This document shows, one piece after another, positions 10,850 through 24,121 of a stretch of DNA of 58,344 bases. The notes under the pieces are model-generated. The model saw nothing but the letters and a program-made list of their open reading frames with translations, ran no database searches and was not told the DNA's origin. The stretch is from Chiloscyllium plagiosum. Taxonomy: Eukaryota. Position 1 is the first letter of the stretch, and each line of letters begins with the position of its first letter. Position numbers and translations under genes: made by a program. The stretch spans positions 102,516,849 to 102,575,192 of the forward strand of contig NC_057717.1 of the NCBI RefSeq assembly GCF_004010195.1. The letters run 5' to 3'.

Positions 10850-12520
10850 TCCTTTTTATTTGTTCAGCGCTGTCTGGGCCAGCGTTTATTACCCGTCCCT
10901 ATTTGTCCTTGAGAAGGTGGTGGTGAGCTGCCTTCTTGAACCGCTGCAGTCCATTTAATGTAGGGATACTCACAGTGTTGTTAGGGAGGGAATTCCAGGA
11001 TTTTGACTGAAGGAACAATGATGTATTTCCAAATTGGGATGGTGTGTAGTTTAGAGGGGAAGTGGTTTTGCCATGAATCTGCTGCCCTTGTCCTTCTAAA
11101 CAGGAGATGTTATGGAATTCTAAGGTTCTCTCAGAGAGGTGTATGAGTTACTGGGTTCCTTCTTGTAGATGGTACACACTGCTGTGCATCAGTGATCAAG
11201 GCAATAACTTCTGAATGTGTGATGGGGCTGACGAAGAAATGAGCAGTTTTATCCTGGATGGTGTCAAGCTTCTCGAGTGTTGTTGGAGCTGCCCCCATCC
11301 AGGCAACTGGGGGGTGCATTCCATCACACTCCTGACTTGTGCCTTGTTGATGGTGGACAGGGTTTGGGGAGGCAGAAGGTGGGTTACTCACTGCAGTATT
11401 CCCAGCCTCTGACTCTCTCTGCTAACCACTGGTCCAGTTCAGATTCTGGTCAATGGTGCACCCAGAATTTTGATAAAGCGATTCAATGATGGCAATTCTA
11501 CTGAATATTGAGGAACAACAGCTGGATTCTCTCTTGTTGGAGATGACCACTGGATGATAATATCTACATATATCCATACCCTCCAGCACTGACGCTCAGT
11601 ATAGACGATATATAAGACGCACTGCAGAAATTCATGAGGGCTCCTTAGCCCTTCCAAATCCATGACAATTTCTATTCAGAAGGACAAAGACAGCAGATAC
11701 ATGGGAACACCACCCCCTGCAAGTTCCCCTCCGAGCCACTCACCATCCTGACTTAGGAATATGTCGCTATTCTTACAGTGTCTCTGGGTCCAAATCCTGG
11801 AATTCCCTCCCTCAGGGCGTTGTGTGTCCAGCTACAGCACATGGATTGCAGCGGTTCAAGAAGGCAGCTCACCCCCACCTTCTCAAGGGGCAAATAGGGA
11901 CAGGTAATAAATACTGGGTCCAGCCAATGATGCCCCCATCCTACAAAAAAATCTCCCATAAAAACCCCGCTGTTCTCTAGCCAAGACTGCATGGCATTTT
12001 CAGATTGGTGGAGTCTAACACAATTAACCCTTTTCAGAACTATTATCTTATGCAATATTTAAGAGCCACATGGGCAATGTTCCACATTGTTGGGTAGATG
12101 CTGATGTTCCAGCTGCATTATAACAGCTTGTTTATTCTGGAGAACAAGTACTCATTACAATTGCTGGAACAGTCAAAGCCTATAATCTTGGCAATCTTCA
12201 TGCTTTCGGCCAATTCTTGATATCATGTTGAGTGAATCGAAGTGGCTAAGGACTGACATCTGTGATGCTGGGAGGAGGTGAAGAAGGATTATTGACTTGC
12301 CACTTCTGGCTGAAAATTGTTGCCAATGCCGCAGCCTTCTCCTTATTACTCGTTTCCACCATCAGTAAGCACAGGAATGTTTGTAAAGCCTTCATCTCCC
12401 ATTTGTTGTTCAATTGTTCATCACCATTTGTAACTGGACGTGACAAGACCCGCAAAGCTCTGAGCTGGTCTATTGATTGAGGGATCATTTAACCCCAACA
12501 TATGCTGCTCCTACTGTCTG
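10850..12520. mobile_element. Fragments of the second LINE family (-, 10850-11560; +, 11580-11945; -, 12040-12520)
   Basis: AWMGAAPTTLEKLDTIQDKTA; tail ggttcaagaaggcagctcac...ttctcaagggg; KEKAAALATIFSQKWQV. Confidence 0.75.
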
Positions 12521-12524
12521 ATGT

Positions 12525-13373
12525 GTAACACAGGAACAGGCCATTCAGCCCTTCAATCCTGTTCCACTCTTCCAATCAGATCAAGGCTGATCTGTTGCCT
12601 AACTCCATTTTACCTCTCTTTGCGCCAAATCCATTAATACTTTTGCTTAACAAAAAATGATCAGATTGAAAATCTCAGATTTAGATTTAATAACTGATCC
12701 TGCAATTATTGCCATTTGTGGAAGAGAGTTTCCAATCTTCCCTGTCTTTTTTGTGTAGAAGTGCTTCCTAACACGCAGGTAGATACGATAGTGAAGAAGG
12801 CGTTTGGAATGCTTTCCTTTATTGGTCAGAGCATTGACTATAGAGTTGGGAGGTCATGTACAAGACATTGGTTAGGCCACTTTTGGAATATTGCATTCAA
12901 TTCTGGTCTCCTTCCTATCGGAAGGATGTTGTGAAACTTGAAAGGGTTCAGAAAAGATTTACAAGAATGTTGCCAGGGTTGGAGGATTTGAGCTACAGGG
13001 GGACATTGAATAGGCTGGGGCTGCTTTCCCTGGAACGTCGGAGGCTGAGGGGTGACTTTATAGAGGTTTATAAAATCAAGAAGGGCACAGATAGGATGAA
13101 TAGACAATGTCTTTTCCCTGGGATCGGGGAGTCCAGAACGAGAAAGCATAGGTTTAGGGTGAGAGGGGAAAGATATAAAAGAGACCTAAGGGGCAACCTT
13201 TACATGCAGAAGGTGATATGTGTATGGAATGAGCTGCCAGAATAGGAAGGGTTTAGAGGGATAATGGCCAAATGCTGGCAAAGACTGGATTAATTTAGGA
13301 TATCTGGTCGGTATGGATGAGTTGGGCTGAAGGGTCTTGTTTCTGTGCTGTAGGTCTCTATGACAATGACTCT
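12525..13373. mobile_element. CR1 3' fragments (-, 12525-12770; +, 12772-13373)
   Basis: MYKTLVRPLLEYCIQFWSPSYRKDVVKLERVQKRFTRMLPGLEDLSY. Confidence 0.9.
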
Positions 13374-13689
13374 AATTGCTGAAATAGATCAAACAATCAC
13401 AAATTACGTGAATTTCCAGGAGCAAAATATCACACACCAAGTTCATTGCAAACTTTCAGAAACAATGTAAGTAATTTTGTTGTTGGACAAAGAAATTAAT
13501 GACCCGTGCAGCTACTTATGGTGTGAAGGCGACTTTGAAGTCATAAGGGGAACTTCCATAGTCCTACTCTCTCGTTTACAAAGAGACAAATGTTGGTGAG
13601 TTTAACCTGAAGGTCAGCTCTCCTCAAGGTGGGACTTTGTTTTTGACAGTGAAAGACAACAAGAGTACAAATCTCTATTCAATTCCCAT

Positions 13690-13975
13690 CGGCAGGAAGA
13701 AAGGAAACACCCGAGTGGCCAGTGACAAGCAGTGCCCTTCACATCAAAGGGCAATGCTGCGTGATCAAACAGTGAAGGGGAGGGCAGGGATTAAATCAAA
13801 ATAGAGTTGGAGGGGGAAATAAAGCACTGAACTCCCTGCGGTGCCCATCTCCCCCTGAACAGCTCGAATGAGATGGTACTCCTTCCCCAGAGACACCTGG
13901 GCTCGGACGTAGCCGCGGAAGAGGGGCAGGCAATCAGCCAAAATGACACCTGCCACAGCCCGCTGCCTGGTACTG
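13690..13975 (-). mobile_element. Tx1/L1-clade LINE 3' end inside a tRNA-derived SINE (SINE halves about 13525-13630 and 13980-14065, minus)
   Basis: DCLPLFRGYVRAQVSL...LFRGRWAPQGVQCFISPSNSILI resembles Tx1 ORF2 C-termini; flanks match the SINE at 52976-53190. Confidence 0.6.
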
Positions 13976-14869
13976 TCAAGATGGGACCTTTGTGATAACC
14001 TTGCTCAGTGTGGGAATTGAACCCGTGCTGATGGTATTACTCTAGATTGTAAACCAGCCAATCAATGCTGCACCAAGACATAAGGCAGTAATAGCCTCAG
14101 GTGCTGGTGGTAGATGTGGGGATTGAGTTAACCCAAGAATGAATATTGGTAAAGGCTTCAGCAGCTGTCAGACAATGTTTGGTTCAAGGAAGTGCAACAT
14201 CAAAGGAGGTAAAGCATGGAATGGAATTACAATATAAAGAGTGGGAGAACACTCTTTTTAAAGAGATTTGGGCTTAAGATGCAAATATATAATCCATTGA
14301 AATGATGATAAGTACAGCCAAGAGTTTTTAGGTTTTCTAGTCAGGGATTAGCCAAGAACTAGTGTTAATAGATTTGCAATGGGCTGCACTTAAGAGTACT
14401 GTGTGCAATGTGGTGATTGTTAGATACAGGACTGCAGCACCCTAGGCAGCAGGGATATCGATTCACTGGGATGGTTAATGACAATGGCTCATACAATTCA
14501 CTCCCGTGGTAATGTGGCTGTTTACACTCGCTATTATTTATGCAAAAGTGACAGAGCAGCCCAGGTAAGGGGAAATGCACAATTGCAGTGAGAAATCAAA
14601 AATCTGCTGTATTGACGCTAACCATATAACTCCACATAGACAGCAGCTTGCTATCTGCTTCACAACAGAGCCATTTTAAATGATGTGAAGTGACTGCATT
14701 CATGTGGTAGATAAGTCAAGTTTAAATCTCCCTTTTTAAAATTCACCTATGGAGCTACTTGATTCCCCAACTCTAAACATTTGAGAAGATGGTGCTGGGT
14801 TCCTATCTTCCTGAATTTTCAGATAAGTGGCACCTGGCTAACCAAGTGGATAGACCTGAATTTCATTTG

Positions 14870-15440
14870 AATTATTATTGTCATATGTACCGAGAAACAG
14901 TGAAAAGTATTGTTTTGTGTGCAATCCAGGCAGATCCTGCCTTACATAAGTGCATCAAGGTAATAGAATGGAACGCAGAATATAGTGTTACAGCTACAGA
15001 GAAAGATCAACTCTAATATGTGAGAGGTCCGTACATAAGCCTGTTAACAGTGGGGAAGAAACTGTTCTTAAATCTGTTGTTACGTGTTTTCAAACTTTTC
15101 ACCTTCTTCCATTGGGCAGAAGATATTATAACCGGGGTGGAAGGGTCTTTGATAATGTTGACTGCTTTCCCCAGGCAGTGGGAAGTGTAGTTGGAGTCAA
15201 TGGATGGGTGGCTGGTTTGTGTGATGGACTGGGCTGCATTCGCAATTCTGTAGTTTCTTATGGTCCTGGACAGAACAGTTGCCATACCAATCTGTGATGC
15301 ATCCGGATAGGAAAATTTCTATGGTGCATCTGTGAAAATTGGTAAGAGACATTGTGAATATGTTAAGTTTCCTTCACCATCTGAAGAGATAGAGGTCTTG
15401 GTGAGCTGGCTTTACTGTAATGTTGATGTGGATGGACCAG
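14870..15440 (-). mobile_element. Rex1/Babar-clade LINE 3' fragment
   Basis: NFHRCTIE...SGCITDWYGNCS...AQSITQTSHPSIDSNYTSHCLGKAVNIIKDPS...RFKNSFFPTVNRLM. Confidence 0.8.
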
Positions 15441-15607
15441 TGATGTAAGTGTTAGATTGTGTGTTGTACAGCAAGATCAATCCTTCCCCAAACCCCACTG
15501 CCTCCAACAACAAGGCCAATTCCAGTTGACAGCATCCTGCCCATGTCCCTGTAGCCAACTCATCCAGATGGCAGTACTAATAGCCTTGGGCTCTGACAGA
15601 AGGTGAC

Positions 15608-15765
15608 GAGTGTGGTGCTGGAAAAGCACAGCCTGTCAGGCAGCAGGAGAGTCAATGCTTTGGGCATAAGCCCTTCATCAGGAAGGTGCTGCCTGACCAG
15701 CTGTGCTTTTCCAGCGCCACACTTTTTGACTCTGATCTCCAGCATCTGCAGTCCTTGCCTTCGCT
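15608..15765. mobile_element. Lineage A fold-back element (internally deleted)
   Basis: gtgtggtgctggaaaagcacagc...aagcccttcatcagg / tgctgcctgaccagctgtgcttttccagcgccacac. Confidence 0.75.
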
Positions 15766-16589
15766 CTGACTGAAGCGCCAACACACTAATGGGCATGGCA
15801 TTGGGTGGCATGGCAAAGGAATAGTGTGAGCAGGTGGGTAGGCACCAAGGGAGTCAGTGTTAAGACTCATAGAATCTTACAGCCTAGGAGGAGGTCTTTT
15901 GACCCTTGAGTCCGTACCCCTCCTGAATGAGCAAAAAGGTGTTCAAGTGTCCACCAGCATTCATGGCTCAGTGTGCCAGAGGTGCAAACGTTAGACCTGA
16001 TTTGTTGGTCATGGGATCATTTATCTCTATTTATCACTTGCTGCTTATGCTGTTTGCCATTACCAAGTAATTCGGTTTGAGCCTGGTCCAATCCCTGAGC
16101 TGCCTGTCCCTCTGTGCAATACGCCCTTGCAGCTTTTCAATGTGAGTTGCTATAGTGCCCCGCAATAAAACCCTCTGCTTCCAGGGTGTCTCCCAACCGG
16201 ATGGGAGATGTACCCCTGAGGGACTAGCAGATGTTGCATCCCAAGGAGTAGTATGAGACGGGAGCTGTGGGGGCTGCAGGGGGTGGTGGTGTGAGCGGCT
16301 GGTGCCCAGGGACCGTGCCCTGAGACGCTGTTTGGTGCTGAGCCACTTGGAGGTTCCTCATAGTCATCGGCGAGCTGAAGTCTTCAGGAATGCGCTCGGA
16401 ATGCCACATCGGGAATTCCCAGCATTGCGTTATTTGCCGTGGGAGGTAGGAGAAGACGTTGTACGTTAATGGGGTGAGATGTGTGGTTTATGAGGTCATT
16501 CACAAACCATTCCTCCCCTTATTGGGCAACTGACCACTCACTGGGGAGACCCTTACCTCGACTGGTCAGGAACTCACTTAAGTTGAGAA

Positions 16590-16830
16590 AAGTTTGGTTT
16601 AAGGTGAGAGGGGGAAAGTTTAAGGGAAGGTTCTTTTAGACAAAGGGTGCTAGGTACCTGGAACGTGCCGCCATGGTAGAAGCAGTTACATTAGCAAAGT
16701 GTTAGAGGCATTTAGACAGACACATGAACAGGCAGAGAATAGAGGGATATGCACCATGTGTAGGCAACTGGATTGGTTCAGATTGGCTTATGGTCAGCAC
16801 AGACTTGGTGGGCCGAAGGGCCTGCTCCTG
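16590..16830 (+). mobile_element. CR1 3' fragment
   Basis: ggtttaaggtgagagggggaaagttt...gggccgaagggcctgctcctgtg. Confidence 0.75.
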
Positions 16831-17074
16831 TGGTTAAAGCTGCAACAGGTTACTCCAGATGTTGCGATTGGCCTCACTGAACATCTCCTGTAATTCTTCC
16901 ATAATTCTCACCATAGCCCACGTTGTTCAGGTCCCTATAATACGCTGTGCCTTGTGATTGACAAGTACACAACAGAAATGTCAAATAAAACAGAAGGACT
17001 GAAGTTAGAGGGAGACACCGCATTACTGATCGCAAGACGCATTTATAAGATAATCCCTTGGCTTTCACTCCTGT

Positions 17075-17165
17075 TTCCTGAAGAAGGGCTCGTGCCCGAA
17101 ACGTCGATTCTCCTGTTCCCTGGATGCTGCCTGACCTGCTGCGCTTTTCCAGCAACACATTTTCA
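17075..17165 (+). ncRNA. Lineage A short element with intact hammerhead core at 17078-17105
   Basis: CTGAAGA-a-gggc-tcgt-gccc-GAAACGTC; flanking repeat gctttcactc at 17061-17070 and 17166-17175. Confidence 0.7.
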
Positions 17166-17814
17166 GCTTTCACTCTGGTCGTTCAATGTTCGGAGAAAAC
17201 ACGAGAACTTAAACAAAACCTGCCATGAGAAAGACTCTCGACAGCTCAGCGAACGACTATTGAGGTGACTCTGCATCACTGGAGGTATTCGTCCAGAACT
17301 CTTCATCAATCCTAGCGGATGTGTTAGTTTGTAATAACTAATAGATGATGCAAGCCTGAGGCGTCTCAGATTTGTTTTTTTTGGGATTCGAACAAGAAGC
17401 AGATGATTGGATCAATGCAGTATTGATTCGTGAGAGTTCTTTGCAGCGCCTCATCTTACATTCCATCTCTTAATTCTCTGACTACCCAGTTTTACTCTTC
17501 ATACAGGCCTTTAGGACAACAGGTCTAAGAGGCACTGAAAGGGACGGTAAGGTCATACTGGCAGACATGTCTGCACATGTGGAGGGGAGAGACATCTGGA
17601 ACTCACTGCGGGGTCTAACGTTCCCAGTTCTTTTTGCCATCATGACATTTTTTGGGGATTAAGAGAATGCTATCCAAATCACTTAATGAAATGAAAAATG
17701 TCTTTTTCCCTTGTTAATAGCGAGTGTCTCCATCTCATCCCAAGCCTGCTTCAGTGTTGCCAGCTGCAATGAAGTGTACTCCTGGGGACTTCACTTACAT
17801 GGTCAAATATCAGC

Positions 17815-18680
17815 CAAGCGGTAATGTCACAGGATGAATGGTCCAGTTGGGCAGCTTGGTTTGAATCCCATAGCAGATAGAGAAATGTAATTCAATTTAA
17901 TGGTTTTCAAAAAACTATTATCATAGTCATCATGGGTGTGAAAACCCATTTTGTTCATCTTTGAGGAGAGAAATCAGCCATCCTTACCTGGTCTGGCTGA
18001 CATGTGACTCCAAACCCAGAGCCATCGAGTCATACAGCGCGGAAACAGACCCTTCGGTCCAACCAGCCCATGCCGACCATAATCCCAAACTAAACTAGTC
18101 CCACCTGCCTGTTCCTGTCCCATATCCCTCTAATCCTTTTCTATTCATGTCCTTATCCAAATGTCTTTTAAATGATGTAACTGTATCCATGTCCATCACT
18201 TCCTCAGGAAGTTCATTCCACATGTGAACTACCCTCTGTGTAAAAAATGTGCTTCATGTCTTTTTTAAATCTGTCTCCTCCCACCTTAATAATGGACAAT
18301 GTAGTTCGAAATTCTCCATCCTGGTAAAAGACAACTACCATTAACTCTCCCAGTACCCTTCATTAGGGACCTCTATAGGGAAGGCAATGGTCTTAACGCT
18401 GGACTGTTAATCCAGAGACAGAGATAATGTTCTGGGGACCTGGGTTCAAATCCTGCCATAGCAGATGGTGGAATTTGCATTCAATAAATAGTTGGAATTA
18501 AGAATCTAATGATGATCATGAATCCACTGTCAATGTTTGGTTCACTAATGTCCTTTAGAAGAGGAAACTGCCATCCTTACCTGGTCTGGCCTACATGTGA
18601 CTCCAGACCCTCAGCTATGTGGTTGACTCTTAACTGCCCTCTGGGCAATTGGGGATGGGGCAATTAATACTGGCCTAGCC
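17815..18680. mobile_element. Two tRNA-headed SINE copies with second-LINE-family tail (+, 17815-18022 and 18378-18680) around a CR1 tail (-, 18025-18365)
   Basis: B box gggttcaaatcc; shared core ccatccttacctggtctggcctacatgtgactccagaccc; tail gggcaattggggatggggcaat. Confidence 0.75.
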
Positions 18681-19254
18681 CCTTCTGGGTGACGACCTGC
18701 TCGTAGCGGGTAGGTGCGTATTTTTAAACGTCATGAGAGTGGGGCAGGTTTCATTAGCGAGTGGGTCTTTCCTGCCTGTCAGTTTGGTGGGCCGTATCCC
18801 GCTGGCAACAGCACAGTTAGGGTGATCAAACACCTCACTAACCGGGCTATTGTTCCAACGTACAACTTGCACAGGATTTCCATGCCCTGTTTCTGCCCAC
18901 CTAACCACATTGCTCACAATCACCACTTAACCAAGATGGTACTCACCACATTAACTGAAGTTTGTACCAATTCTAACTGACTAAAGAAAAATGCTAGATC
19001 TGAGTCCAAAGAAGTCGATCCTCTATATCTAATTCCTGGAATTATGTTTGCTTTGCCTGGAGGCAAGTTCTGGCTTCTTTGTCTGTTGACATTGAACCTG
19101 ACCCCGTATTTTCCTTTGTCATTGTTATAGTATTGTACCACATCCCCAGGAGCAGGCCAGGGAACAGATTCCAAGTCTACTCGAGCCGGAATGGGAATTG
19201 AACTTACGCTGTTGGTGTTATCTGAGTACCAAGCAATCCATCTGCTCGAAAACT

Positions 19255-19782
19255 CATAGAAAACAGTGCAGCAGAGTAACAGGCCCTTCGGCCCATGATG
19301 TACCGAACATGACGCTAAATTAAATTAATCCCTTCTGCCTGCTCTTGGTCCATTTCCCTTCATTCGTTGCATATTCATGCGCTTATCTAAAGGTCCCTTA
19401 AATGTCCCTATGACATCTGCCTGTACCACCAGCCATGACAGCGCGTTCCAGACTCCTACCACTCTCCGTGTAAAAAACATGCCCCTTGCAACTCCTTTGA
19501 ACTTTTCCCCTCTCACCTTGAATCTGTACCCCCCTAGTATTAGACACTTCAACCCTGGGAAAGAAAGTCCTGAGTGTCCAACCCCCATCTATGCATCTCC
19601 TAATTTTATAGACTTCTGTCAAGTCTCCCCTCAGCCCCTGCCACTCCAGAGAAAATAGCCTGAGTTTTCTACCCTCACCTTCTAGCTCATACCCTTTAAT
19701 CCAGGCAACACCCTGGTAAACCTCTTCTGCACCCTCACCAGAGCCTTCACATCCTCCCTGTGGCCATGTGGTGACCAGAACA
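19255..19782 (-). mobile_element. CR1 3' fragment
   Basis: GYRFKVRGEKFKGVARGMFFTRRVVGVWNAL...TFKGPLDKRMN. Confidence 0.9.
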
Positions 19783-20354
19783 TCTCGAGGGCAGTCGATT
19801 GCACCCCAAAAGCCCCTTCAACAGAGAGTTAGTCAACCTTGGTGTGACACACCTCTGGGTAGGCGGCAGCTGAACCCAGGCCTCCTAATCTAGGGGTGGG
19901 GACACTACCATTACACCAGAAAATGCCTTTGAACTAACCAGACCTGAATCTTCTTAGCTTCTGTGATTAAACAAGATCATACATTTTCCGACCAGAATGG
20001 CTGCAGGCAAGATCAGTCATAGCAACTCACAATCCCTGGTCTTTGAATTAGAAGCAAAAAAGAATTGCTCAAATCGATTAACCTTCTGCAGATGATTTAG
20101 AATTCTGCAACCTGTAAACGAGGCAACCTAATTAATTATTTTTGATGAAGTCATCACTCACTAACGTTGTTAAACATTCCCAGTTAACCCCTTTGTCTGA
20201 CCTTATGTACAGAACTGGGATCTACCTTTCTCAGCAAAATATATATTCCACAGTCCTGTGGAGACAAATGATTTTCCTTCAGTAAAACTCCACCACCTCT
20301 GAATGATTTGTTGTTAAGTCACTTGAAAGATTGCAAACATTTTTTTTAAACCAA

Positions 20355-20500
20355 GTGGCTGTTCATCTCATTGCTGCTACTTGGGGCTTGCTAGGCACAA
20401 ATTAGTTGCCATGTTTCTTGCATTATAACAGTGCTGGCCATAAGGTGCACTGGGCCATCCTTAGGTCGGGCAAGGCACTACAGAAATGCAAGTTCTTCGT
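20355..20500 (+). mobile_element. Deu-type (SacSINE1/AmnSINE-like) SINE 3' remnant
   Basis: cattgctgctacttggggcttgctaggcacaaattagttgcc...cattataacagtg...aggcactacagaaatgcaagttctt. Confidence 0.55.
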
Positions 20501-20607
20501 TTGACTGGGGTACAGCGTCAGGGAAAAGAAACAGCAAGCGCCGAAATACCTGGCTGCTATCGAAATGCTGTTACTGAGTTCCACTGATTGAGCAAACAGC
20601 CACCATG

Positions 20608-21115
20608 CCATAGTCATAGAGTTGTACAGCACGGAAACAGACCCATCAGTCCAACCAGTCTGTGCTGAGCATAATCCCAACTAAACAAGTCCCACCTGCC
20701 TGCTCCTGGCCCATATCCCTCCAAACCTTTCCTATTCATGCACTTATCCAAATGTCTTTTAAGCATTGTATCTGTCTCCACATCCACCACATCCTCAGGA
20801 TGTTCATTCCACATGTGAGTCACCCTCTGTGTAAAAATATTGACCCCGATGTTTTTTTTAAAATCTCTCTCCTCTCACCTTAAAAAATGTGCCCTTTAGT
20901 CTTAGAATCCTGCATCCTAGGGAAAAGACAACTACCATTAACTCTATCTGTACCCTTCATTGTTTTGTAAACATCTATTAGGTCTCCTCTCAACCTTTTA
21001 CATTCCAGTGAGAAAAGTCCCAGCCTATCTAGCCTTTCCTTATAACTCAAACTTTCCGTACCCAGCAATCTCTTCTGAACCCTCTCCAGTTTAATAATAT
21101 CTTTCCTGTAACTTG
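20608..21115 (-). mobile_element. CR1 3' fragment
   Basis: LSYKERLDRLGLFSLECKRLRGDLIDVYK; tail catagtcatagagttgtacagcacggaaacagaccc. Confidence 0.9.
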
Positions 21116-21374
21116 ACAGATTTATTCACCTTTCACTTTAACAATCGCGCATGAACATTGGAGTCACACATAAGTATAGGAATTAACCTCCCATTAAACT
21201 CACCTGGGGTTTACTTAACAATAGCCTGAATTTAATGTGACACCTTTAATATTGCACATCCCATGGTGCTGTCACATCAATTACCTTTGGTTGTTCTACA
21301 TTGCTACAAATCAACAACAACATTCTCCAGGCAACTTTCTCACCCATAACTCAGAACATTGCCTGACATGTTCT

Positions 21375-22690
21375 GTGAGTACTATTCGACTGAGTGTGGC
21401 ATCAAAGAGGCCCAGCTAAACTGGAATCAATGGAAATTGGGGAAAATTCTGCACTGGTTGGAATCATACCTGCCACAAAGGAAAATGGATATGTTTGTTA
21501 GAGGTCAGTCATCTCAGCTCCAGGACAACTCTGCAGAAGTTCATCAGGGTAGTGTCCTCAGATCAACCATCTTCAGCTGCTTCATCAATGATCTTCCCTC
21601 CATCATACGGTCAGATGTGGGGATATTCACTGATGATTGCACAATGCCAATCACCATTTGTGACTCCTCAGATACTGAAGCAGCCCAAGTTCAAATGTAC
21701 TAAAACCTGGACAATATCCATGGTGTGGAGGTGCCAGTGTTGGACTGGGGTGGACAAAGTCAAAAGTCACACATCACAAGGTTAAATTCCAACAGATTTA
21801 TTTAAAATCACAAATTTTCAGAGCACTGCTCCTTTATCACCCTCTCTTGACGAAGGACCAGTGCTCTGAAAGCTTGTGATTTAAAATAAATCTGTTGGGT
21901 TATAAACTGGTGTTGTGTGACTACTGACTTTGGATAATATCCAGGCTTGGGCTGACACGTGGTAAGAAACATTCACATTTTACAAATGCAAGGCAATGAC
22001 CATCTCCAACAAGAGACTATTCAACTCACTGCCCCTTGACATTCAATGGCATTACCATCACTGCATCCACCACTATCCTTGGAGTTCAAGTGATCGGCAA
22101 AACAACTGGATTCACCATATAAACACAGTGGCTGCAAAGGCAGATCAGAGGCGGGGAGTCCTGTGGGGAATAACTCACCTCCTGACCTCCAAAACACCTG
22201 TCCGCCGTCTACAAGGCACAAGTCAGGAGGGTGAGGGAATACTCCCCACTGGCCTGGATGGGTACAGCACCAACAACACTCAAGAAGCTCAACACCATCT
22301 GGGATAAAAGCAGCCCGCTTGATTGGCACCACACCCACAAGCATCCACTCCCTCCACCACCGACGCTCAGTAGCAGCAGTGTGTATCATCTACAAGATGC
22401 ACTGCAGAAAATCACCAAAGATCCTCAGGCTGCACCTTCCAAACACATGATCACTTCCATTTAGAAGGACAAGGGCAGCAGATACATGGGACCACCGCCC
22501 CCTGCAAATTCCCCTCCAAATCACTCACCATCCTGACTTGGAGATATATGGCCATTCCTTCAGTGTCGTTGGGTCAAAATCCTGGAACTTCCTCCCTAGT
22601 TGCACTGTGGCGTTCCCAAACTGCTGCAGCTCAGCACTGCCTTTGCAGGAGCAACTAGGGACAGTTGCCCACCTCCCCAGAATTAGTAAA
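21375..22690 (+). mobile_element. Second LINE family, RT C-terminal half to 3' end (interrupted at 21721-21930)
   Basis: LHWLESYLPQRKM...VHQGSVLRSTIFSCFINDLPSIIRSDVGIFTDDCT (QG and F-x-DD RT motifs). Confidence 0.9.
21721..21930. mobile_element. Lineage C fold-back element with decayed hammerheads and 13-bp TSD
   Basis: Inverted arms (cacacatcacaaggttaaattccaacagatttattt / aaataaatctgttgggttataaactggtgttgtgtg); TSD tgga(c/t)aatatcca at 21708-21720 and 21931-21943. Confidence 0.8.
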
Positions 22691-22946
22691 AATCACTCAG
22701 CTCCTGGATGTACTAACAGACACGATGATGTTCTCTCAGTACCACATCACAGATTGCATGGCATCTTATAAGTAGCTAACCTGTTGAGGGCCATCACATT
22801 CTCAGGGTGGAAAGTGCACATGGAAAGAGAGAATGTTCTCCTCCTTACATCTGATTTGGAGTCAGAAATCTAAGAGCAAAAAATATGTTCGAATGGCCCT
22901 CTTCAGAGATACACCTCTGCACCAGGTGGGACTTGAACTCAGCCCT

Positions 22947-23034
22947 TAAAAATGTGTTGCTGGAAAAGCGCAGCAGGTCAGGCAGCATCAAAGGAACAGG
23001 AGAATCGACGTTTCGGGCATAAGCCCTTCTTCAG
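22947..23034 (-). ncRNA. Lineage A short element with intact hammerhead core (23007-23034) and 12-bp TSD
   Basis: Minus strand CTGAAGA-a-gggc-ttat-gccc-GAAACGTC; TSD gaactcagccct at 22935-22946 and 23035-23046. Confidence 0.75.
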
Positions 23035-23142
23035 GAACTCAGCCCTCCTGGCTCAGAGGAAAGGACACCACCAGAAACCATTTTTAAAGAACCACATTAG
23101 GGAGATTTAAACAATCCTTGGATAAGCACATGGGTGATGATG

Positions 23143-23263
23143 GCTTGGAGATGCCGGTGTTGGACTGGGGTGTACAAAGTTAAAAATCACACAACACCAG
23201 GTTATAGTCCAACAGGTTTAATTGGAAGCACTAGCTTTCGGAGTGCTGCTCCTTCATTAGGTA
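23143..23263 (-). mobile_element. Lineage C single arm inside a CR1 tail
   Basis: Minus strand CTAATGA-a-ggagc-agc-actcc-GAAAGCTA-gtg (core mutated). Confidence 0.75.
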
Positions 23264-24121
23264 GTATAGGGGGGACAAGCTGAGAATAGTCCACAGATCA
23301 GCGCAACATTGAGGGATGAAGGGCCTGTTCTGCGCTCTATTGTGCTATGTTCTAGAACCTGTACAGATATGTTGCAGCATACCTCTACGGCAAGTGGGAC
23401 TTGACCTGGCCCTCCTAGCTCAGAGGCAGTGGTGTTACCACTGTACCACAAGACTCCAGCAGCATCAGTTCAATGTTATCTAATCAACCTGTTCAGAGAT
23501 GTTATTACACCCCTCTGGAGCAGGTGGGACTTGAATCTGGGACTCCTGCCTCGGAGGTAGGAACACTAACACACTGTCAATCTGCCAAACCAGCTTCAGC
23601 AGCAAACATTAATCCCTAACTGATCTCTTTTGACTGCAATCAAACTATTTAGCCTTGAAGTCAGGGTAAAGACAGCTGCAGGATAGTGCCCAAGGTACAA
23701 ATCTATCTGTGATTAGCAAACATTGCATCTCCTTCTTATATTATTAATAATGGTGATACACATTATGATAAATGATGAGCACTTTCAAATTGTTAAATAG
23801 TTCATCTTGAAAGCATGTTTTTAATTTTCAGCTGAAATTAAAATGTTATCTGTCTGTCACTTAATAATCAAACGGAAATGATCTTTTGGCCTTTGCAAAT
23901 GTTTCCAATTAAAGATGTTTAAAAAGAAAGATTTATGACTGAATACCAGACATAAAAAATCCATTTAAGCAATGCTGGCTGCACCTTGCTGGGATTAAGC
24001 CATCAAATTCGGTTTAAAGGGAATTACATCTCATTGGCAAACTGTTTTCAATGTAGCCTCCTTTCTCTCCCTTTTTGGATTGTGGTAGTTTTACTTTAAT
24101 GGGGTTTGTCAGTCATCCAGT

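Larger units (their letters stand above)
22902..23575 (-). mobile_element. Three co-oriented short tRNA-like SINE copies (about 22902-23075, 23355-23455, 23480-23575); a fourth at 19845-19920
   Basis: Repeated caggtgggacttgaa (antisense B box gttcaagtccc) and cagagatgttattacac-like 3' part. Confidence 0.65.
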
